From: Erysipelothrix rhusiopathiae
GTDB lineage: Bacteria; Bacillota_I; Bacilli_A; Erysipelotrichales; Erysipelotrichaceae
Reading direction: 5' to 3'
Assembly (NCBI GenBank): GCA_902772725.1
Contig: CACYBS010000268.1
Span: 1-21,332, forward strand
DNA: 21,332 nucleotides
The notes under the pieces are model-generated. The model was given only the letters and a program-made list of their open reading frames with translations. It was not told the origin of the DNA and ran no database searches. Every line of letters starts with the position of its first letter. Within the stretch, counting starts at the first letter, position 1. Positions 1-7,550 of the stretch are shown here, in pieces. The position numbers were made by a program, and so were the translations under genes.

Positions 1-47
1 AACCACTTAACTTATGAAGCCCATGTATCCAATATCGGCTGGATGGA
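1..47 (+). repeat. 47-nt exact direct repeat inside the ChW gene; second copy at 766-812, 765 nt away
   Basis: aaccacttaacttatgaagcccatgtatccaatatcggctggatgga occurs identically at 1-47 and 766-812. Both copies encode NHLTYEAHVSNIGWMD of successive ChW modules. Confidence 0.9.
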
Positions 48-1767
48 TTATGTATCTTCTTCACAGAGAGCCGGTACAACCGGCCAGGGATTGCAGATGG
101 AAGCTGTAAAAATCCGTCTGACCGGTGATCTTGCCAATGATTATGATATTTACTATCAGGCTCATATTGCCGATTACGGCTGGCTTGGATGGGCATATAA
201 CGATCAATCCAGCGGAAGTGCAGGATACGGAAAGCGGATGGAAGCTCTTAAGATTCTGCTCCAGAAAAAAGGAGTGGATGCTCCTGTATCCGAAACAGAT
301 GCCTTTATTGGTAATGGTCTTACCTACCAGAGTCATGTTGCCACCATCGGCTGGATGAGTCCTGTCAATGAAGGAAATCAATCCGGAACAACCGGACAGA
401 GTCATGGCATTGAAGCAATTCGTATAGATCTTGATAATGCCCAATACGAAGGAAATATTGAATATTCCAGCTATGTCAAAGGAGTTGGCTGGCAGGATTA
501 TGTATCCAATGGTGCAGATTCCGGTACAACGGGTCAGTCTAAATCGATTGAAGCCATTAAGGTGCGCTTAACAGGAGAAATGGCCAATCATTATGATATA
601 TATTATCGGGTACACTCCTCTAACTTTGGATGGCAGGGCTGGACATGCAGCGATAACGCTGCCGGATCCCTTAACTATGGACAGCAGATCGAAGCAATCC
701 AGTTTCAACTTGTCAGCCGGTATGAAACGTCCCCTGAAATATCCGATAACGCCCTTTTGACAAACCACTTAACTTATGAAGCCCATGTATCCAATATCGG
801 CTGGATGGACAGCGTAGGTGAAGCTCAAACGGCAGGAACAACCGGAAGAGGGCTAGGCATCGAAGCTTTAAAAATATCTTTAAATAATGTTGGAGGAGAA
901 ATATTATATAAATCCTACAATTCTAAAAACCAATGGGAAGATGATTGGCATACGCAATATGAAATGAGCGGAACGACCGGTGAGGCTACACCGCTGGAAG
1001 CCATTCAGATCAAGCTCAGCGATACTATCGCATCACTCTATGATATCTTCTACCGTGTCCATGTAGGAGGTCTTGGCTGGCTGGATTGGGTGGCAAACGG
1101 TGCACTTACAGGTACAACCGGTCAAAATCGAGCCATTGAAGCCATTGAGATTACTTTAAATAAAGTATATACTACAAATACCGGCAGTACGATTACCTAT
1201 GGTGAAGGCGATACTTACTATGTCAAGGAAGATATTGCCCAAAGCTGGCAGAAAATCTACAACTATGATTTTTATTTTGAAGACGGACATATGGTCACAA
1301 ACCGAATCGTTGACGGAAGAATCATCGGATCGGATGGAAGAGTCAATACATCACCTGCATTAAACTATGCCCGAGGTATTTTGGATGCAGTTGGATGGAA
1401 TCTAAGAGCGGGTTATGATTGGGCTATCCAGAATATCGCCTACCAAAGAATGACGGAAGACCCTTCTCTTGGATCGGATTGGTATGCACAATATGGCTTT
1501 GAGACCGGATTGGGCAATTGTTACGTATTCGCAGCCGTTGTCTACGAAATGGGATTATTGATGAATTATGATATTCATCAAGTTGCCGGAACGCATCTTA
1601 CATCTGCATATGGCCTTATCGGACACTCCTGGCTGGAGGTTATTGTAGATAATGTCCTGTATGTTGTCGATCCGGATTTTGAAAAAGAATTAGGACGGAA
1701 CGGCTACTTTGTTACGTACGGTGCTCCGGGCACTTTACGTTATTACGATTGGAACAGAATGAATTAA
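1..1767 (+). CDS. ChW-repeat (clostridial hydrophobic W) protein with C-terminal transglutaminase-like cysteine-protease domain; 5' end lies upstream of the window
   Basis: The frame is open from nt 1 (NHLTYEAHVSNIGWMD...). About seven repeats of a ~50-aa module with conserved GW and (S)GTTGQ..IEA(I/L)K motifs, typical of ChW repeats. The C-terminal region has a GNCYVFAAVVYEMG ... GHSWLEV ... VVDPDFE pattern consistent with a transglutaminase-like Cys-His-Asp core. Stop at 1765-1767. Confidence 0.7.
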   Translation, partial: NHLTYEAHVSNIGWMDYVSSSQRAGTTGQGLQMEAVKIRLTGDLANDYDIYYQAHIADYGWLGWAYNDQSSGSAGYGKRMEALKILLQKKGVDAPVSETDAFIGNGLTYQSHVATIGWMSPVNEGNQSGTTGQSHGIEAIRIDLDNAQYEGNIEYSSYVKGVGWQDYVSNGADSGTTGQSKSIEAIKVRLTGEMANHYDIYYRVHSSNFGWQGWTCSDNAAGSLNYGQQIEAIQFQLVSRYETSPEISDNALLTNHLTYEAHVSNIGWMDSVGEAQTAGTTGRGLGIEALKISLNNVGGEILYKSYNSKNQWEDDWHTQYEMSGTTGEATPLEAIQIKLSDTIASLYDIFYRVHVGGLGWLDWVANGALTGTTGQNRAIEAIEITLNKVYTTNTGSTITYGEGDTYYVKEDIAQSWQKIYNYDFYFEDGHMVTNRIVDGRIIGSDGRVNTSPALNYARGILDAVGWNLRAGYDWAIQNIAYQRMTEDPSLGSDWYAQYGFETGLGNCYVFAAVVYEMGLLMNYDIHQVAGTHLTSAYGLIGHSWLEVIVDNVLYVVDPDFEKELGRNGYFVTYGAPGTLRYYDWNRMN

Positions 1768-1779
1768 GGGGGAGGACAC

Positions 1780-2403
1780 ATGAAAAGCACAAAATTATTG
1801 TTCGCAGGAATGTTAAGTTTATCCATGATCTTAGCAGGATGCAGTTCAAACACGGAAGGAAAAAAAGAAGAAGTTGTTGAAAAAACAGAAGAAAAAGAAG
1901 GTGAAGCACTTTCTTTCACCAACAGCACTTCTAAGACAATCACATCGATTCAGGTCAAAGCATCTGATGACAAAGAATTTGGGGATAACCTTTTAGAAAA
2001 AGACTTAAAAGATGGTGCCAAGGCAGATATCCATCCGGAAGCCAAAAAAGGTACAAAATACGACATTCAATTTACTGCCGATGAAAAAAGCTACACCGTA
2101 AACAGCTTAGAGCTGGAAAATATGGAGTCAATCGCGCTTTTCTTAGATGGTGATACAGCCTATGTTGAATATTCCGATAAGGATGGAAACAAGGTCAGCA
2201 CTAAAGAAGAAAAGAAGGAAGAAGAAACAACAGAAGAAGTTGTTGAACAAGCTCCGGTTGTAGAAGAAGCTCCGGCTGAAGTTTATTCAGAACCGGTATA
2301 TTCAGAACCTGTTTATGATACTCCGGCATACGATGACGGTGGAGCTACAGTTCCTGCAGATGATGGATGCTTAACCGGAATTACGGATTCAGATTTGAAC
2401 TAA
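1780..2403 (+). CDS. acidic E/K-rich lipoprotein, hypothetical
   Basis: Strong RBS (gggggagg) 5 nt upstream of ATG 1780. Signal peptide plus lipobox (LSMILAGCSS). Low-complexity EEKKEE and SEPVYSEPVY segments. Stop TAA 2401-2403 sits 1 nt before the next ATG. Confidence 0.6.
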   Translation: MKSTKLLFAGMLSLSMILAGCSSNTEGKKEEVVEKTEEKEGEALSFTNSTSKTITSIQVKASDDKEFGDNLLEKDLKDGAKADIHPEAKKGTKYDIQFTADEKSYTVNSLELENMESIALFLDGDTAYVEYSDKDGNKVSTKEEKKEEETTEEVVEQAPVVEEAPAEVYSEPVYSEPVYDTPAYDDGGATVPADDGCLTGITDSDLN

Positions 2404-2404
2404 T

Positions 2405-3448
2405 ATGTCTAAAAACAATCAAAGAGAAGTAATTTATTACTTCTCTTATTTGCGTTCATTCGCCTGTATCGGCATCATCATCTTACATACAGTATTCTCG
2501 CTGTTTACCGTTCATCAGGCTGAGTTAAATCCATCCATCACTGCAGCTGTTAATTCGGTGACCAATAACCTGATGTGGGCAGTTCCTTCGTTTGTGATGA
2601 TTACCGGTGCCTTATTATTAGACCCAAACCGGAACGTTTCGCTCTCAAAGCTGTTTCACCAATATGTAAGACGCATTATATTGGCATTGTTGTTGTTCTG
2701 CATCTTTTACCGCTTTGTAGATATGATTTTAAATCAGGAAGCTTTTTCTGTTCAAATCATTCTGGATGCGCTTTATAAATTTATTACCGGAACCAGCTGG
2801 TCCCATCTCTGGTACCTATACCTGCTGATTGGTTTGTATCTCATCTTACCGGGGATGAAGGCTGTCACAAAAGTATGCTCGGATACAGAGCTTCGTTATT
2901 TAACACTGGTAGGCGTATTATTCTTATCTATCCTTCGTTTAACTTCCTTTATGGGATTGAATGTTGGCTTCTATATTCATATTGCGACCATTTATCCGGT
3001 TTATATGTTACTTGGATATTGTATTTCAAAAGATATCATACCGATATCCTTTATTACTTCCATCTTATTAACGGTATTATCAACTGCCTTTGTGATTGGA
3101 ACGACATATCTGTTCTACACAAAAAATATCGCAAATTTGGACAGCTTATGGGGATATCCTGCATTACCGATTGTCTTGCAGTCGGTTGGATTATTTTCAT
3201 TATTTAAACACATTCGGATCAAAGAAAACACCTTCCATAAGATTGTTTGTCAGCTTGACTCTGTTTCTTTTGGGATTTATTTGATTCACTTTCTGTTTAT
3301 CCGCATTCTGCTGCGGGTTTGGAAAGTAAATCCTTTTGTATCCGGAACGGTATTTATGATTCCGCTATTTGTGATAGGTATCCTTTTAGCTTCCTGGCTG
3401 GTAGTCTGGATCCTTAAAAAGATTCCTTTCTTTAAAACAATTCTTTAA
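2405..3448 (+). CDS. acyltransferase family 3 (OafA/YrhL-like) integral membrane O-acyltransferase
   Basis: 347 aa with about 10 predicted TM helices. The N-terminus (YYFSYLRSFACIGIIILHTVF) resembles the acyltransferase_3 signature region. Translationally coupled to the upstream lipoprotein. Followed by a terminator. Confidence 0.55.
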   Translation: MSKNNQREVIYYFSYLRSFACIGIIILHTVFSLFTVHQAELNPSITAAVNSVTNNLMWAVPSFVMITGALLLDPNRNVSLSKLFHQYVRRIILALLLFCIFYRFVDMILNQEAFSVQIILDALYKFITGTSWSHLWYLYLLIGLYLILPGMKAVTKVCSDTELRYLTLVGVLFLSILRLTSFMGLNVGFYIHIATIYPVYMLLGYCISKDIIPISFITSILLTVLSTAFVIGTTYLFYTKNIANLDSLWGYPALPIVLQSVGLFSLFKHIRIKENTFHKIVCQLDSVSFGIYLIHFLFIRILLRVWKVNPFVSGTVFMIPLFVIGILLASWLVVWILKKIPFFKTIL

Positions 3449-3475
3449 AAGCTCCTATGAGCTTTTTTTATTTCA
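3449..3475 (+). terminator. rho-independent terminator after the acyltransferase gene
   Basis: aaaagctc-ctat-gagctttt followed by a T-run (ttttttatttc). Confidence 0.7.
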
Positions 3476-3515
3476 ATCTAAAGAAAAATCATGTATTCTT
3501 ATGTGGGTGATAAGT

Positions 3516-3944
3516 ATGATAAGAGAATTAGTCAAAGACGAGAAGTTTTTAAGTTTAAAATCCTCGCCTGCTTCCAAAAAAGACATCAAGGTTATTAACG
3601 ATTTACTGGACACCTTCCATCATTGGAACTTTGAGCACCAGGGACGTGGATATTGCAGCGGAATGGCTGCCAATATGATTGGTGAACGAAAAAACATTAT
3701 TCTTATCAATAACGGGATCGCAGATGAAATTATGATCAATCCTGTAATCATTGATAAAAAAGATCCTTACGAGGCAGAAGAACACTGCATCTGCCTAAGT
3801 GAGGCTCATCAGACCCTGCGTTATGATACCATAACCGTTCGTTACCGTAATATAAATTTTGAGCAGCGCACCGAAACGTTTACCGGTTTTATCGCTCAAA
3901 CAATTCAACATGAAATCGATCATACAAAGGGTATTGTGATTTAA
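3516..3944 (+). CDS. def: peptide deformylase-like protein; short divergent paralog with motif I Gln replaced by Met
   Basis: MIRELVKDEKFL matches the PDF N-terminus. Motif III QHEIDHTKG (HExxH) and motif II CLS are present. Motif I reads SGMAANMIG instead of G-x-G-x-AAxQ. A GGTGA RBS lies 8 nt upstream of ATG 3516; ATG 3501 is an in-frame alternative start. Stop 3942-3944 is 1 nt before the MATE start. Confidence 0.65.
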   Translation: MIRELVKDEKFLSLKSSPASKKDIKVINDLLDTFHHWNFEHQGRGYCSGMAANMIGERKNIILINNGIADEIMINPVIIDKKDPYEAEEHCICLSEAHQTLRYDTITVRYRNINFEQRTETFTGFIAQTIQHEIDHTKGIVI

Positions 3945-3945
3945 T

Positions 3946-5310
3946 ATGTCGACAGTAGCGAAAGTATTTCAAGACCGCGACTTTTTAAAGAAGTTAGTCG
4001 GCGTTGCGCTTCCTTTGGGACTTCAGTCCGCTGTCAATATGATTGTCAATCTCATTGACACCATTATGGTTGGTACAATGGGAGATATTGCCTTATCTGC
4101 CGTTAATATCGGCATGCAGTTTCCTTATCTTGCCATGACAGTCGGCATGGGTATATCCAATGCCGCTTTAATTATCGCAGCCCAGGCATGGGGTAATAAT
4201 AAGCCGGAAAAAGTAAAAAAGATCATGGCCTTTGTGATAAAGATCTGTATTGTGATCGGAATTGTATTCTTCTTACTTTCCTTTTTGTTTCCTTCACAGA
4301 TTTTAAACATCTATACCGATGAAGCTAACATTATCAACGATGGAGCTATCTATCTTCGCATCTTGTCTTTTTCGATATTGATGCAGGCTGTTTCCCATGG
4401 AATTATCACGATTCTTCGTACCTGCGGAGTCAATCAATTAGGATTCTATGCCTCCTTTGCGGCATGTCTTGCCAATGTATTCTTTAACTGGATCTTTATC
4501 TTCGGAAATCTGGGAGCTCCTGCCATGGGACTGGCCGGGGCGGCACTGGGAACAGTGATGGCACGTATCACAGAGTTTTTGATTGCGTTTATATATATGC
4601 TTCATGACAATAAGTTAAGCTTCCGTATCCCGGATATCCGCCTTGTGATGGAACCATTAATGCGAAATGACTTAATTAAACTTGGGACACCGAGCTTAAT
4701 CAGTGAAGTAACCGGTAACTTAAATGTATCGGCTGCAGCGATGATTACCGGACGTGTATCAGCCTACTATATTGCGGCCAATTCCATCATCCATAATGCG
4801 TGGACGCTTTCTTCTTTATTTCTATTTGGAATCGCAATGGGTGGAAGCGTGATTATCGGACATGAAATCGGTGCTAAACACTTTGAAAGAGCCAAAGAAT
4901 ACTCACGATATTTCATCATGATTGCGTTTGTGATTGGAATCGTATCTGCTGTTTTAACGGTTGCGATTGCCCCGTTTATCATTAATTTCTTCAATGTTTC
5001 TGAACAGACAAGAGCTGTTGCCTATGAATTATCCTTTGCCGCAGCGATCGGTATTTTGTTTAATGCCTTCCAGATTATTCTTACCAAAGGTGTCCTTCGC
5101 GGCGGCGGTCAGGCAAAAGCTGTCACCAAAGTTGATTTATTGTCATGCTGGCTGGTGAATATTCCGGCAGGCATATTAGTTGCGCTGGTACTGAAGGCAG
5201 ATCCATTCTGGATTTACTTATCTTTACGAATTGATTATCTGATTAAAACCATCTGGAGTTATTGGAAGATTACCAAGACAAATTGGATCTTACGTATGAA
5301 TGTAGATTAA
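3946..5310 (+). CDS. MATE family efflux transporter
   Basis: 454 aa, 12 predicted TM segments. The N-terminus (FLKKLVGVALPLGLQSAVNMIVNLIDTIMVG) is typical of MatE. The same MATE pattern recurs in the second half of the protein. Confidence 0.85.
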   Translation: MSTVAKVFQDRDFLKKLVGVALPLGLQSAVNMIVNLIDTIMVGTMGDIALSAVNIGMQFPYLAMTVGMGISNAALIIAAQAWGNNKPEKVKKIMAFVIKICIVIGIVFFLLSFLFPSQILNIYTDEANIINDGAIYLRILSFSILMQAVSHGIITILRTCGVNQLGFYASFAACLANVFFNWIFIFGNLGAPAMGLAGAALGTVMARITEFLIAFIYMLHDNKLSFRIPDIRLVMEPLMRNDLIKLGTPSLISEVTGNLNVSAAAMITGRVSAYYIAANSIIHNAWTLSSLFLFGIAMGGSVIIGHEIGAKHFERAKEYSRYFIMIAFVIGIVSAVLTVAIAPFIINFFNVSEQTRAVAYELSFAAAIGILFNAFQIILTKGVLRGGGQAKAVTKVDLLSCWLVNIPAGILVALVLKADPFWIYLSLRIDYLIKTIWSYWKITKTNWILRMNVD

Positions 5311-5338
5311 AAGGAGAGGATATTGTTCCTCTCCTTTA
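5311..5338. terminator. bidirectional rho-independent terminator between the convergent MATE and DUF2812 genes
   Basis: aaaggagagga-tattgt-tcctctccttt is a perfect 11-bp stem flanked by A/T runs on both sides. Confidence 0.75.
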
Positions 5339-5866
5339 TCAATCTAATGCCTTTTCCGCTTTTTTATCTGCGATTAATTTCTGTTCATATTTTCCAAACT
5401 GTACGGCATAGAACCCGCCGCAGATTCCTAACACAGCTGATATCAAATACGGTACGGTTTTCTTTTTCGTTTTACTTTTTGAAGTAAACCAGCCGATGAT
5501 TGCGGCAAGTGTCACAAATGCGGTAGATATCTCCAAATAGAGATTTCGAATATCCTTTAAAACATTAGAGCGTTCTTTTGTCGTAGGATATAAAGAGAAC
5601 GGCTGTGTGCTTCTAAAATAAATCCACATATTATCTTTTGCGACAAATTCAATTCCCTGTTTGGATAAGTCGTAGATCCAAAGATTGACATAATCCGGTT
5701 TCATATTGCGGATAAACCCAATATGATATTCGTATTTTCCCGGAGCTGCATCTTCAAATTCATAAACATTTCCGCTGCAGCCAATCATGGCCTTTCCCTG
5801 TTTACTTAAATAATTTAACCACTCTTCAACTTGATCAATATCTGTATCCATTTTAAATTGTTTCAT
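5339..5866 (-). CDS. DUF2812-like membrane protein
   Basis: EEWLNYLSKQG...YEFE...YEYHIGF...GIEFVAK..WIYFRS pattern followed by two C-terminal TM helices. Likely start is ATG at 5866 (MKQFKMD) with RBS agaggtg 7 nt upstream. The GTG at 5875 used by the ORF track is less likely. Confidence 0.55.
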   Translation of the reverse strand: MKQFKMDTDIDQVEEWLNYLSKQGKAMIGCSGNVYEFEDAAPGKYEYHIGFIRNMKPDYVNLWIYDLSKQGIEFVAKDNMWIYFRSTQPFSLYPTTKERSNVLKDIRNLYLEISTAFVTLAAIIGWFTSKSKTKKKTVPYLISAVLGICGGFYAVQFGKYEQKLIADKKAEKALD

Positions 5867-5897
5867 AATCCACACCTCTGTTTAAAGTATACCATAA

Positions 5898-7493
5898 TTA
5901 CTGCCGATAGAATGTCTTATCCGGATATCGGGAAGAAAGAATTAATGTATTTCCACTCAAAGTGACAGAATATCTCCAGCTCATATCTGCTGCAGATTGA
6001 TCGGTTTCAGTGGCTTTTAAACGAGATTGATCGCTAAAGGCCATCTCATGGTCGGCATGAAACATAGAGGAACCATCGGCTTTATAGCCGCTGTATGTCA
6101 TGGTAAAGCCTTTGTCACTCACATCGTTAATATCGATATATTCTCCATCATCTGCTTTCCAGGTTCCCTTCCATGCAGATGATTCTACAGAAGAGTATTT
6201 TAATGCTTCGTCAAGCGCCCTCTTTTCCCAATCGGCGAAGGCATCTAAATTTGGATAATCGAAGGTTGTATGGCTTTCATCAATATAGCGGATCATATGA
6301 TTATCTTTGAAATATAAGCGGTGTTCTTCCGTTCCGTTATAGATAAACGCAAAGATAAACTGACCGTCATGATAATAATATTCTCGACTGTAATTCCAGC
6401 CATCTGTTCCGTTCTCTAATACGATTTTGGTATCAGCGCTTCCCGGTGTATAGTAACACTCCCGAATAAAGGCAATCCAATCCTCCAGCTCTTCTCCGGT
6501 AATAGAAAATGATTCTTCTTTTGGAGTTATTGTATCTGCCTTTTTAAATTCGAAGGATTGTTCATCCATCGTATCGGTACATACATGTAATACAGCTGTG
6601 TCTTCTTTGAACTCCAGCCATCCGGCATATTTGGTGTTAACATCCGCAAAAACAGCTGTTTTTCCATCTTCCTGGATATAAGCATCCGCGCTGAAGCCGG
6701 CCCCTTTTTCTAAAGTGACATGAATCGGTAAGGTATTATTCTGTATTGCGTCAATTACTAATGATTTCGATGTATCACCCGAAACACTCCAGTTTCCTTC
6801 TACTGCCAAATCTTCCTGTAATGAACCGGATGGAATTTCATTTGACCAATAATGTAAAGTCCAATAAGAGCTTCCATCGATTTCATCTTTTGATACAACC
6901 GCATATTTCATTCCTGAAAGAGACACCATAACATCGCCCTGATATTGGGCAAAGATGATTTTCAGCAAATCGCCATCTTTCCAGGCATAGAGAGGTTTTG
7001 AATCATAACCTCCGCCTACACCGCCGGTTTTCACATAATAATAGCCCCCATCCAAGTAATATTGATCGGAAGAAGCAGACTTGATTGTTTCAATATCTTC
7101 ATCTGAATAGTGGAAGATATTGGTCAAGATCCAATCGGTTTTCGATTCTTCAAAGATATCACAATCATTCAGCTTTCCGGATGGATCCTTTTGAAACCTT
7201 TTAGCAGCTTCACCCGGATATGAATCAAAATCCACACAATGGGTAAATGCCAGATTCATCACATTGGAATTCTCGTTGATGTTTTCGGAGTCAAATATAC
7301 TGTTGCCCGATAGAGAATACCATCCAAACCAATCGAGGAAAGCGATTAAGTCTTCTTCAATTGTACTTGGATCAACGATTTCTATGGACGGTTCAACTGT
7401 CGCAAACTCTTCTTCAGAAGGTTCACCGGATGAGCATCCCGCAATCAAGGATATAATTATACTAAAAGCTGCAAACAAGGATAATTTACGCAT
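5898..7493 (-). CDS. large lipoprotein, hypothetical (no recognisable domain)
   Basis: RBS aaaggaggg upstream of ATG 7493. Signal peptide plus lipobox (SLIAGCSS). 531 aa rich in D/E/Y/W/G. Confidence 0.7.
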   Translation of the reverse strand: MRKLSLFAAFSIIISLIAGCSSGEPSEEEFATVEPSIEIVDPSTIEEDLIAFLDWFGWYSLSGNSIFDSENINENSNVMNLAFTHCVDFDSYPGEAAKRFQKDPSGKLNDCDIFEESKTDWILTNIFHYSDEDIETIKSASSDQYYLDGGYYYVKTGGVGGGYDSKPLYAWKDGDLLKIIFAQYQGDVMVSLSGMKYAVVSKDEIDGSSYWTLHYWSNEIPSGSLQEDLAVEGNWSVSGDTSKSLVIDAIQNNTLPIHVTLEKGAGFSADAYIQEDGKTAVFADVNTKYAGWLEFKEDTAVLHVCTDTMDEQSFEFKKADTITPKEESFSITGEELEDWIAFIRECYYTPGSADTKIVLENGTDGWNYSREYYYHDGQFIFAFIYNGTEEHRLYFKDNHMIRYIDESHTTFDYPNLDAFADWEKRALDEALKYSSVESSAWKGTWKADDGEYIDINDVSDKGFTMTYSGYKADGSSMFHADHEMAFSDQSRLKATETDQSAADMSWRYSVTLSGNTLILSSRYPDKTFYRQ

Positions 7494-7520
7494 ATACGAC
7501 CCTCCTTTGCATCTATTTTA

Positions 7521-7550
7521 CATGAAAAAAGGACTGAATGAACAGTCCTT
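7521..7550 (-). terminator. rho-independent terminator of lon
   Basis: The minus strand reads aaggactg-ttcatt-cagtcctt followed by tttttt. The hairpin overlaps the lon stop codon. Confidence 0.75.

Noticed and set aside
61-444. Many short ORFs from the six-frame track that lie inside or antisense to larger genes (for example 61-444 -, 125-358 +, 2575-2778 +, 2875-3207 +, 4125-4310 -, 7604-7891 +, 9148-9480 +, 10791-11247 +, 11357-11944 +, 13007-13267 -, 14702-15136 +, 15964-16254 +, 20948-21187 -).
   Set aside because: Each is fully embedded in a longer ORF with clear family-level sequence features. They have no RBS or start context and show low-complexity translations. They are treated as frame-shadow artefacts.
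5866-5875. GTG start at 5875 (MWIMKQ...) for the DUF2812-like gene.
   Set aside because: The ATG at 5866 has an agaggtg RBS at proper spacing. The GTG has none.
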